Below, in pieces: positions 42,752 to 50,868 of a DNA stretch of 64,000 nt. Within the stretch, counting starts at the first letter, position 1, and each line of letters begins with the position of its first letter. Both the position numbers and the translations under genes were made by a program. Source of the stretch: an uncultured Acetobacteraceae bacterium (GTDB lineage Bacteria > Pseudomonadota > Alphaproteobacteria > Acetobacterales > Acetobacteraceae); NCBI GenBank assembly GCA_964613945.1, contig CAZTJC010000016.1, positions 26,283 to 90,282 of the forward strand, given 5' to 3'. The notes beneath the pieces are model-generated. The model searched no databases. It saw nothing but the letters and a program-made list of their open reading frames with translations, and was not told the DNA's origin.

Positions 42752-43741
42752 ATGGCTGTTCTACTCACCGGTGCCAGCGGCTTCGTTGGCCGCACTCTGG
42801 TGCATACCTTGCTGAACCGGGGCGAGCAGGTGGTCGCGTTCGCGTCCTCGCTGCCGGGCTGGCGGGACGATGCTTTTGCCGGGCTACGCTGCGTCGTGGG
42901 CGACGTCCGGTCGGGCGACGATCTTCGGCGGGCCTTTGAGGCGGCACCGATCGACCGGGTCGTGCATGCGGCCGCCGTGACCCCGGATGCCCGCGCCGAA
43001 GCGGAGCAGCCGGAGACGGTGATCGAGGTCAATCTCGGCGGCACGACGCAGTTGATGCAAGCCGCTCACCGGGCGGGCGTGTCCCGCATCGTGGCGCTCA
43101 GCTCCGTCGCTGCCTACGGTGCGACCGTGGCCGAGGCCGATGGCAGCCTCGACGAGGCGTCGACGCTGCCCCGGCCGATCTCGCTCTACGGGGTCACCAA
43201 ACTGGCGACCGAGGGCGTGGTGCGGCGTCTCGGTGAGTTGCACGGCATTGCCACGACAACCGTGCGTCTCGGCCCCTGCTTCGGCATCGGCGAGCACCCG
43301 ACCGGCTTGCGCCCGCTCATGTCGCCGCATTGGCAATGTGCCGAAGCGGCCCTGACCGGCGGGGACTGCGTGCTGCCGCGCGCCATGGTAGGGGATTGGA
43401 TCGATGTCGAGGATGCGGCAAGGGCCATCGCGGACCTGCTTGCGTCGCCAACCCCGCTTCCAGGCCCGTTCAACCTGGGGGGCGGCACCATGACCACGGT
43501 GGCGGCCTGGTGCGAGGCGCTCGCCGGTCTCCGGCCCGGCTTCCAGTGGCATATCGATGCTGGCGCGCCCACCATCCGCCATGGGCTGGCGCATGACCGC
43601 CCGGCCATGAACAATCGCCGCCTGCGCGATGCCATCGGCTGGGCGCCCCAGACCGACGACCTGCCTGGACGCGCCGGGCGTTACCTGGCCTGGCGCGGCA
43701 GCGTCGAAGGTCGGGAACTATGCCGGGTCGAGGGAGCGTGA
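42752..43741 (+). CDS. NAD-dependent epimerase/dehydratase family protein (extended SDR)
   Basis: 329 aa. VLLTGASGFVGRTLV, followed by YGVTKLATE (YxxxK). Confidence 0.85.
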   Translation: MAVLLTGASGFVGRTLVHTLLNRGEQVVAFASSLPGWRDDAFAGLRCVVGDVRSGDDLRRAFEAAPIDRVVHAAAVTPDARAEAEQPETVIEVNLGGTTQLMQAAHRAGVSRIVALSSVAAYGATVAEADGSLDEASTLPRPISLYGVTKLATEGVVRRLGELHGIATTTVRLGPCFGIGEHPTGLRPLMSPHWQCAEAALTGGDCVLPRAMVGDWIDVEDAARAIADLLASPTPLPGPFNLGGGTMTTVAAWCEALAGLRPGFQWHIDAGAPTIRHGLAHDRPAMNNRRLRDAIGWAPQTDDLPGRAGRYLAWRGSVEGRELCRVEGA

Positions 43742-44520
43742 CAGTGGGTGGGCGGTTAGAAGGCAAGGTCGCGATCGTGACGGGTGGGTCGTCCGGCATC
43801 GGGCGGGCGATCGCGTTGCTATTTGCCACCGAGGGCGCGCACGTGGTCGTCGCCGACGTGACCGAGCAGGTGGTGGAAGGGGGACCGCCGGTGCTGGACG
43901 CCATCAGTGCCGAAGGCCGGAAAGCGGATTTCTTGACCTGCGACGTCTCGCAAGCCGACGACGTGGATGCCTTGTTCGCCGACACGGTCGCCCGCCACGG
44001 TGGGGTGGACATCCTGGTTAACAACGCCGCCATCCGCGCCGGAGTGCCGCTCGCGCAAACGGAGGAGGCGCTCTGGGACCGGGTCATTGCCGTCAACCTG
44101 AAGGGGGCTTTTCTGTGCGCGCGGGCTGCCCTCAGGCAGATGCTCGACCAACCGGTCGTCGGCGATGCGCGGGGGCGGATCGTCAACATATCGTCCCAGC
44201 ATGGAATGATCGCGGCACCGGAGGATTTCGCCTACGGGGTCAGCAAGTCAGGCCTGGTCTACATGACCCGGCAGATCGCCGCCGATTACGGACGGCAACA
44301 CATCGTCTGCAACGCCGTGGCGCCAGGCAAGATACTCACCGGCAAGACGGGGCGGGCCATCGAGCCTCGCTGGATCGACTATTCACAATCGCGCACCCCG
44401 TCGCCCCGTCTCGGTACGCCGATCGACGTCGCCCGGGCGACGCTGTTTCTGGCCAGCGGCGAAGCCAGCTTCATCAACGGCCATAACCTGCTGGTGGATG
44501 GCGGCTGGATGGCAGCCTGA
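43738..44520 (+). CDS. classical short-chain dehydrogenase/reductase (SDR)
   Basis: GTG at 43738 (GTGA overlap) or GTG at 43744. KVAIVTGGSSGIGRAIA, NNAA, NISSQHG, YGVSKSG. Confidence 0.88.
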   Translation: MTVGGRLEGKVAIVTGGSSGIGRAIALLFATEGAHVVVADVTEQVVEGGPPVLDAISAEGRKADFLTCDVSQADDVDALFADTVARHGGVDILVNNAAIRAGVPLAQTEEALWDRVIAVNLKGAFLCARAALRQMLDQPVVGDARGRIVNISSQHGMIAAPEDFAYGVSKSGLVYMTRQIAADYGRQHIVCNAVAPGKILTGKTGRAIEPRWIDYSQSRTPSPRLGTPIDVARATLFLASGEASFINGHNLLVDGGWMAA

Positions 44521-44533
44521 ACGCCCTGAAGCA

Positions 44534-44560
44534 CTTTCCGAGCCCGATCGGCTCGGAAAG
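44534..44560. terminator. 11-bp perfect hairpin between convergent genes (candidate bidirectional terminator)
   Basis: ctttccgagcc-cgatc-ggctcggaaag, read directly. It sits between the SDR stop (44520) and the DUF606 stop (44568). There is no clear U-tract. Confidence 0.5.
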
Positions 44561-44567
44561 CCGTGCT

Positions 44568-45011
44568 CTAGAATGCCGCGATGAGCGCCACGCCGGCGAT
44601 CATAAGCAAGCCGCCTGCGATGCGGCCGATGCCGGCGTGATGAACGTCGAAGCTCATCAAGCCGTAATTGTCGAGGATGAGTGAGGTGACGGCCGAGAAC
44701 GTCACGATTAGCGCGACGAACAGGCCGGCCCCCAGCTTGGGCGAGGCAAAAACGGTCGCCAGCACGAAGCACAGGCCGAACAAGCCGCCCAACCACGCCC
44801 ACCACGGCGCCGCCCCGAACTGCACCCGGGTGGGAAACGGGGTGCCCGAGACACAGGCCACGATCAGCGCCGCCGTTGTCGTGGTCAGGCACACGAACAC
44901 CACGGTCCATAGCGGAGTGGTGAGCGATTTCTGTAGGCTGGCATTGCTGCCCGACTGCAGCGCGCTGCCGATGCCGGCCGCCGCTGCGATGAGAAGAAAG
45001 ATCGCCTTCAT
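44568..45011 (-). CDS. DMT-superfamily small membrane protein (DUF606-like)
   Basis: Trimmed to MKAIFLLIAAAAGIGSALQSGSNASL (ATG at 45011, ATGA overlap with the upstream stop). About 147 aa with about 5 TM segments. Confidence 0.75.
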   Translation of the reverse strand: MKAIFLLIAAAAGIGSALQSGSNASLQKSLTTPLWTVVFVCLTTTTAALIVACVSGTPFPTRVQFGAAPWWAWLGGLFGLCFVLATVFASPKLGAGLFVALIVTFSAVTSLILDNYGLMSFDVHHAGIGRIAGGLLMIAGVALIAAF

Positions 45012-46312
45012 GATGCGCCTCCCTCGGCTGGCAGCGGCGGCCCGCGAAACTGGTCGAGGCCTGTGCCGCTCGCGAGCTTCACGGGCTGACCGGAGCGGGC
45101 ACTCTGGTAGATCGCTTCCATCAGCTTGTGATCCTGCACGCCTTCCTCGCCGGGCGTGTACGGCCGGCGACCTGTCAGCACGCAGTCGGCCATGTGGTCG
45201 AGTTCGAGCGCGAACTGATCCTTGTGCGGCAGGACAAGGCTGTTCTCGCTCGTCATGTCCTGCTGACGCGACGTCACCGTCATCCGCTGGCCGACATATT
45301 GATAGGCGTTCGGCATGTCGATCACCGCCGCCTCGAGATTGAGCCGCTGGTGCTTGTCGTCCCGGCCGCCATAGCTGGTGAAGCAATTGGCGATGGTACC
45401 CGACGGGAAACGCAGCATGAACGACACGGTCTCCTCCACCTCGGCGAAGCGTGGGTCGCCGGGGCGCGAGTAGGTGGTGGCGTAGATCTCGCTGGGTTCC
45501 TCGCCGGTCATGAAGCGAGCGGTGTTGAGGCAGTAAAGCCCGATGTCGAACAAGGAACCACCGCCCGCCATCGCCTTCTTGTGCCGCCATTGCAGCGCGC
45601 CGTCGCTGGCAACGGTCTGCGTGTTGATGCCGTGATAGGCCAAGGTGCCACCAAAGGTTCGGCCCCGGACCAGGCTCATGACCCGGCGGTTATACGGCTC
45701 GTACTGAATCCGATACGCCACCATCAGCTTGACGCCGGCCGCCGCGCAGGCATCGACCATCGCCTGTCCATCGACGGACCCGATCGACATCGGCTTCTCG
45801 GTCAGCACGTGCTTGCCGGCCCGCGCTGCCCGTTCGCAGAACTCACGGTGCATCGAGTTCGGTAGGACGAGATAAACCGCCTTGATCGCCGGGTTGTCGC
45901 GGATGCGGTCGAAATCCTCGTAGCTGTAGCAGGCGGTCGGCGCGATGCCGTATTGCTGCGCGACGGTGCGCATCTTGTCCGGCGATCCCGAGACGAGCGC
46001 CACGGGCCGGGCTTTGAGCGACGCCCCGAACGCGGGCAGGATCTGCTCGAGTGACAAGCGGCCCAGCCCGACGATGGCAAACCCGACCCTCTGGTCTGGC
46101 GGCATGGGTGCCGGTGGGGGAGGGGGAGGGGTATCGGCAGCGTCACGCCAAGCGGGAAAGCGCACCTTGCCGTCGGTGACGCTGCCCGTATCGACCGGAC
46201 TTGGCGGCACGGCCGCCGCTGCCGCCTCGCCGCTCACGAGGACACCTGCCACTCCGGACCCCACGACCCCGAACAACGTTCGCCGATCCAGACTGGTGGG
46301 GCGCCCGGTCAT
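45008..46312 (-). CDS. Gfo/Idh/MocA-family oxidoreductase with Tat signal (periplasmic, glucose-fructose-oxidoreductase-like)
   Basis: 434 aa. Signal LDRRTLFGVVGSGVAGVLVSGEAAAAA. Rossmann block GFAIVGLGRLSLEQILPA and the LTEKPM motif. Confidence 0.88.
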   Translation of the reverse strand: MTGRPTSLDRRTLFGVVGSGVAGVLVSGEAAAAAVPPSPVDTGSVTDGKVRFPAWRDAADTPPPPPPAPMPPDQRVGFAIVGLGRLSLEQILPAFGASLKARPVALVSGSPDKMRTVAQQYGIAPTACYSYEDFDRIRDNPAIKAVYLVLPNSMHREFCERAARAGKHVLTEKPMSIGSVDGQAMVDACAAAGVKLMVAYRIQYEPYNRRVMSLVRGRTFGGTLAYHGINTQTVASDGALQWRHKKAMAGGGSLFDIGLYCLNTARFMTGEEPSEIYATTYSRPGDPRFAEVEETVSFMLRFPSGTIANCFTSYGGRDDKHQRLNLEAAVIDMPNAYQYVGQRMTVTSRQQDMTSENSLVLPHKDQFALELDHMADCVLTGRRPYTPGEEGVQDHKLMEAIYQSARSGQPVKLASGTGLDQFRGPPLPAEGGAS

Positions 46313-46387
46313 CGGAAGTTACCAAGGGTAGTACTGGTGCAACGGCTCTGGAAGTTGTGTGGCATCGGGCCGTCTCTCCGCATTGAA

Positions 46388-46444
46388 TCCTGGTGGGTGA
46401 TCACTGGGCCGAAATGAAACCGGAAGCTGCGTGATCCACCAGGA
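46388..46444. other. long-range inverted repeat in the 320-nt non-coding leader upstream of the Gfo/Idh/MocA gene
   Basis: TCCTGGTGGGTGATCAC (46388-46404) pairs with GTGATCCACCAGGA (46431-46444): 9 + 5 bp with a 3-nt bulge and a 26-nt spacer. It contains the perfect palindrome GTGATCAC at 46397-46404. Confidence 0.45.
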
Positions 46445-46632
46445 ATGATCGACTGGATGCCCGGTATATGCCCTGATCCCTCCTGGGGCTGATCACGATG
46501 CACATGAGCATGGTCGCAATGCAGTGATGTCCGGCTTGGTGTCATTCAAGCCGGGCTAGGTTCCCCGGGGTAAGGCGACACATCATGTCGGCGAGGTTGC
46601 TGCCCAACTTCTCGCCCACGCTCGCGATCGGG

Positions 46633-47952
46633 TCACCTGGCAGCGAACAGGTTGTCAGGCCTGGCTAGTTCCAGGTTCTCCCGCAGCGTCGTGCCCGTAT
46701 ACTCCGTCCGCAGCAGCCCCCGCTCTCGAAGGATCGGCGCGACGGTGTCGGCGAACAGGCGCAACTGGCCGGGCTGCGATTCCACCAGCATGAAGCCGTC
46801 GCACGCTTCCGCCTCGAACCATTCCTGCATCTCGTCGGCCACGTCGGCGGCGGTGCCCACGTAGCTGTCCTTCGGGAAGCCGAACCGCAGCACGAACTGC
46901 CGCACCGTGAGCGCCTCGTCGCGGGCGGCGCGGAGCATCTGCGTCATGTTGCCCTTGAACCCCTCGGCCAAGCTCTCGATCGCGCCGAGCGGGAACGGGT
47001 CGTCCAAGCCGTAGCCCCGGAGGTCGAAGCCGTGAAACGAGCCGCTGAGGTACTTGATCGCGCCGTCGAGGCCGATCTGTTCCCGGCGCGCAGTCTGGAT
47101 TGCCTGGGCGGCTTCTCGCGTGGGTGCGATGAGCGGGGTGCAGGCCGGGAGCAGCGCGACCGAGGCCGGGTCGCGGCCGCACTCGACCGCTCCCGTCTTC
47201 AGCTTGCGGTAGGAGTCCTGGTTCACCGCCATGCCGTAGGCGTTGGTCGTGAACACGCAGTCGACATGGCGTGCGGCGAACGCCAGGCCCTCGTCGGACG
47301 CCGTCGCCGTGAACACGACCGGCCGTCCCTGCTGCGACCGATGCAGGTTGAGCGGGCCCTTGCACTCGAAATACTTGCCCTTGTGGTTCAGCGCGTGGAG
47401 CTTTTCCGGGATGAGGAAGGTGCCCGTCTCCCGGTTCTGCGGCAGCGCGTCGTCCTCGAAGCTGTCCCACAGCCCCGTTACGACGCGAAAGGCTTCCGCC
47501 CCGATCTCATACCGCTCCTTGTGGGAGATGGCGTGGAAGCGGCCGTAATTGTCGGAGGAGCCTTTGGGATCGGTCGTGACCAGGTTCCAACCGGCTCGGC
47601 CGCCACTGATGTGGTCCAGCGACAGGATCTGTCGGGCGATGTTGAACGGCTCGCAGAAGGTGGTCGACATGGTGCCGACCAGGCCGATATGCGTCGTGAC
47701 GGCCGCGAGGGCGGCGAGCAGGGTGGTCGCCTCGAACCGGTCAAGGCGATGCGGCGGCGACACCTCGTCGGCCCACAGCGTGTCGGCGACGAAGAAGAAG
47801 TCCGCCTTGAACTCCTCGCCGATCAGCGCCTGTTCCTTGTGCTTCTCGAAGTTGGTGCCGGGATAGGGTGGCATCCCCGGGTTCAGCCAATCCGACCCGG
47901 TCCGGCCTGCACCCTCCGGCATGATGCCAAGCTTCATGTGACCGTTTCTCAT
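46633..47952 (-). CDS. LLM-class flavin-dependent monooxygenase (NtaA/SnaA/DszA group)
   Basis: 439 aa. GGAGGAGA lies just upstream of the ATG at 47952. Typical blocks: FEATTLLAALAAVTTHIGLVGTMST and LDHISGGRAGWNLVT. Confidence 0.88.
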   Translation of the reverse strand: MRNGHMKLGIMPEGAGRTGSDWLNPGMPPYPGTNFEKHKEQALIGEEFKADFFFVADTLWADEVSPPHRLDRFEATTLLAALAAVTTHIGLVGTMSTTFCEPFNIARQILSLDHISGGRAGWNLVTTDPKGSSDNYGRFHAISHKERYEIGAEAFRVVTGLWDSFEDDALPQNRETGTFLIPEKLHALNHKGKYFECKGPLNLHRSQQGRPVVFTATASDEGLAFAARHVDCVFTTNAYGMAVNQDSYRKLKTGAVECGRDPASVALLPACTPLIAPTREAAQAIQTARREQIGLDGAIKYLSGSFHGFDLRGYGLDDPFPLGAIESLAEGFKGNMTQMLRAARDEALTVRQFVLRFGFPKDSYVGTAADVADEMQEWFEAEACDGFMLVESQPGQLRLFADTVAPILRERGLLRTEYTGTTLRENLELARPDNLFAAR

Positions 47953-48002
47953 GGTGTCTCCTCCAGATCGTCTCGCCGGCTCGAGACTGGGAAAGCAGGG
48001 TG

Positions 48003-48842
48003 TTACTGGAGCGGCGATGACGGCGCTGGCGCTCGATCCGGACCGCTTGCGGACTTGCCGATGAGAAAATTCCGGATGGCAGCGCCGATCAGGTCAGGCG
48101 TGACCAGATGCGCGTTGTGTCCCCCGTACGGGAGCAGCTGCAGCGTAGCCCCGTTGATCCGTTCGGCGAGTTCCTCCGAGCAGTGCGGCGGAGTGCTGAT
48201 GTCGTCCTCCAAACCGAGAACCAGCGTCGGCGCCCGAATCTGTTGTAGCGAGGCGCGGCGCTCGTGCCGGAGGCACGCGTCGATCCGTTGCAACATCGTA
48301 TCGGTGCCCACGAAAGTCGCCAGCAACCCAGGGAGCGCCGCCCGTAACGTCTCGTCGTTGTCTCGGATCCAGCGCGGGGGATAGATGCCGATCGGGCCTG
48401 TGCGGAGGAAGTGCTCCGCTCCCATGGCGACCAGAACTTCCCGGCGAGCGGACATGACGCGGTCGAAGTAGCTGTCGTGACCCGGCCAGCTGGCATAGAC
48501 GACAAGGCGGGAGACACGCTCCGGGTAGTCGGCCGCGATTGCCTGCACCACCGCGCCGCCAAGGGAATGACCGACGAGGCGCGCGCGCGCGATACCCAGC
48601 CGGTCCATGAAAGCCAGGACATCGGCTGCGATCTCATCGACGGAACACGGCCCGTTCCGCGGCCCACTGCCGCCCATGCCTAAGTGGTCGTGAGTCAGGA
48701 CGCGGAGGTGCGGCGCGAGGATCTTGGCCACCGTGTGCCAGGGTGCGGCCAGGCCGTTGAGGCCCGAAACTAGGAGAACCGGCTCGCCTGAACCTTGCTC
48801 CTCGTAGTGTAGCTCGCCCCGGCCGATGTCGAGGGTCGGCAT
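48003..48842 (-). CDS. alpha/beta-fold hydrolase (PcaD/RutD-like)
   Basis: 279 aa. Nucleophile elbow VGHSLGG, then DDISTP and YGGHNAHL (Asp/His of the triad). Its start overlaps the upstream stop by 1 nt. Confidence 0.85.
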   Translation of the reverse strand: MPTLDIGRGELHYEEQGSGEPVLLVSGLNGLAAPWHTVAKILAPHLRVLTHDHLGMGGSGPRNGPCSVDEIAADVLAFMDRLGIARARLVGHSLGGAVVQAIAADYPERVSRLVVYASWPGHDSYFDRVMSARREVLVAMGAEHFLRTGPIGIYPPRWIRDNDETLRAALPGLLATFVGTDTMLQRIDACLRHERRASLQQIRAPTLVLGLEDDISTPPHCSEELAERINGATLQLLPYGGHNAHLVTPDLIGAAIRNFLIGKSASGPDRAPAPSSPLQ

Positions 48843-50215
48843 CAGCGCGGCATCGCCTGCCGCGCTTCTGGCAAATCCCAGATGCGCTCGATGGCGGCCG
48901 ACCCGGCCGCGCAGATCGCGGCTTCATCGGCGCCGAGCAGGCTGCCCTCGTCGATCAGGACGCGCCCGTCCACAATTACCTGCGCCACGTCGGCCCGGTT
49001 TGCCAGCGCGATCAGCCCCCGCCGAGGGTCGGAGAACGGATGCAACATGGGGTGGACGAGGTCGATCACGGTGAGGTCGGCGGTGGCGCCGGGCTCGATC
49101 CGGCCTAGATCGGGGCGAGCGACGCAGTCGGCTGCGGTGGCGGTCACGGAGTCGATCAGCTCCGGCGACGTTGCCACGCCGGCATCCGCGGCGGCGATCT
49201 TGGAGATGAGGGATGCCGCGTTCAGCTCACCGAGCAGGTCCATATTGTAGCCGTCGGTACCGACGGCGGTGCGGATTCCGGCACGCGCGAAGCGGCCGAA
49301 CGCCGCGGTGACGCCGGTGCGGGCGAACACGCGGGGGCAGTTCAGCACGGTGGCGCCCCGCGCTGCCATCAGGCGCAGGTCCTCGTCGCTGGACGCGATG
49401 CAGTGCGCGGCCAGCAGGTCCGGCGTCAGGAGGCCGAGCCAGTCGAGATACTCGGCAGGCGTGCGGCCACCATAGCGCTGGCCGATGGTGGCGACCTCCT
49501 CGGCACTCTGTGCCAGGTGGGTCGTGATCGGCACGCCGAGTTCGCGCGCGCGGGCGGCGCAGGCGCGCAGCAGGTCCGGCCCGCAGGTGTCGGTGGCGTG
49601 CGGGCTCATCGCCAGGCGGATGCGGCCATTCGCCTGGCCGTTCCAGCGTGCATACAGCGCGTTCCAGGTGTCGAGATCGGCCTGGCCGTCATCCCCGGCG
49701 TAGCGCACGACGCCGTTCTCACCGGCCTTGGCGTCGCCGGTCGAGAGCAGGTAGGGCGCTCCCCAGAACCGGATGCCGAGTTCGGCCGCGGCGTCGAACA
49801 TCTCCGGCAACCCGTTGCGAAACGGCTCCATGACGCTGGTGGCGCCACCCTTGAGCAGTTGCAGGATGCCCAGCCGGGCGATGGCCATGCGCTCGTCGGG
49901 TGAGAGGATCTCGAGGCCGCGCCGGGTCAGCGGCATGAGCACGGTGTAGACGATGGAGCGGCTGCCCTGGCGCCCGTTGCCGTCCTCGGTGTGGGTGCGC
50001 GCGACCGCCTCGCTGAAGCAATGGTTATGGAGGTTCATCAGCCCGGGCAGCACGAAACGGTTCGGCCGGTCGTAGACGATGTCGGCCACCGGTCGGTCTG
50101 GCTGCACCGCCGCGATCCGGTTGCCCTCGAGCAGCACCCAGTGGTCGCGCAGGATATATTGCGCGCCGTCGCGCCGGGCCAGGACATGGCGGCCGAGGAT
50201 GGCGGTGGTCGTCAT
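48842..50215 (-). CDS. amidohydrolase-superfamily protein, TRZ/ATZ / cytosine-deaminase-like subgroup
   Basis: Trimmed to MTTTAILGRHVL (ATG at 50215, ATGA overlap with the racemase stop). Metal ligands by eye: LHNH (HxH), SPHATD, THLAQS, AAHC, GTDG. Confidence 0.85.
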   Translation of the reverse strand: MTTTAILGRHVLARRDGAQYILRDHWVLLEGNRIAAVQPDRPVADIVYDRPNRFVLPGLMNLHNHCFSEAVARTHTEDGNGRQGSRSIVYTVLMPLTRRGLEILSPDERMAIARLGILQLLKGGATSVMEPFRNGLPEMFDAAAELGIRFWGAPYLLSTGDAKAGENGVVRYAGDDGQADLDTWNALYARWNGQANGRIRLAMSPHATDTCGPDLLRACAARARELGVPITTHLAQSAEEVATIGQRYGGRTPAEYLDWLGLLTPDLLAAHCIASSDEDLRLMAARGATVLNCPRVFARTGVTAAFGRFARAGIRTAVGTDGYNMDLLGELNAASLISKIAAADAGVATSPELIDSVTATAADCVARPDLGRIEPGATADLTVIDLVHPMLHPFSDPRRGLIALANRADVAQVIVDGRVLIDEGSLLGADEAAICAAGSAAIERIWDLPEARQAMPR

Positions 50216-50868
50216 GCCGCGCCCCTGAGCAGCACGGCGCCGAGTGCCGCCGCAACGGCCTGCTGGCTGGGCTCCACCACGGGGCGGCCACACGCCGCAG
50301 CGATGGCTTCGCGGTGCCGCGCCATGCCCGCGCAGCCGAGCACGATCACGTCGGCGCCCTGCTCGCGCACCAGCGCCCGGCCCGCCTCGGCCAGCGTCGC
50401 GCCCACCGCTTCGCTGGCGCTGTCCGCAGCCGACAGCTCCACCGGCCACGACCCGGCGTATCGTCCCTCGATCCCCATCTGCCGCACCATTCGCTGCTGC
50501 CGACGCACGGACGAGGCGGAGAGCGCGACGATGCCGAACCGCTCGCCCAAGGTGAGCGCGCGGAGTAGACCCCATTCGGCGATGCCCATGACGGGGCGGC
50601 CTCCCGCAGCTTCCCGCACCGCATGCAGACCCGGATCGCTGAAGCATGCCAGCACGAACGCGTCGGCCACCTCGCGCTCCACCAGGCGGCAAAGCGGGAC
50701 GATCACGCTATCCGCGTCGCGTTGGGTGGCGATGCCGGGTGGTCCCTCGGCCAGCGTCACGCAGGCAATGGCGGGGCCACCGGGGAGCCGCAGCGGCGCC
50801 ACGGCTTCGCTGATCGCCGCCGTGACGCGCTCCGAGCTGTTCGGGTTGACCACCAGGATGCGGCTCAC
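50212..50868 (-). CDS. Asp/Glu/hydantoin racemase family protein (hydantoin/allantoin-racemase-like)
   Basis: I take the GTG at 50868 (GTGA overlap with the upstream stop). VSRILVVNPNSS, plus the two catalytic-Cys contexts LACFSDPGL and VLGCAGM. Confidence 0.85.
   Translation of the reverse strand: MSRILVVNPNSSERVTAAISEAVAPLRLPGGPAIACVTLAEGPPGIATQRDADSVIVPLCRLVEREVADAFVLACFSDPGLHAVREAAGGRPVMGIAEWGLLRALTLGERFGIVALSASSVRRQQRMVRQMGIEGRYAGSWPVELSAADSASEAVGATLAEAGRALVREQGADVIVLGCAGMARHREAIAAACGRPVVEPSQQAVAAALGAVLLRGAA

Noticed and set aside
46309-46545. 78-aa His-rich minus-strand ORF whose stop overlaps the Gfo/Idh/MocA start codon (ATGA). It looks like a coupled leader peptide or small gene.
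   Set aside because: By my hand count only about 57% of its codons end in G/C, the same as the local non-coding composition. In the neighbouring genes most codons end in G/C. There is no RBS and no recognisable family. I treat the region as non-coding leader, but ribosome profiling could revisit this.
46313-46632. A known riboswitch, or an sRNA gene, in the long leader. I also considered 7802-8087 and 57899-58051.
   Set aside because: I could not match any riboswitch core I know (TPP, cobalamin, SAM, glycine, FMN, c-di-GMP and others) by eye. Only generic hairpins are visible, so a covariance-model scan is needed.
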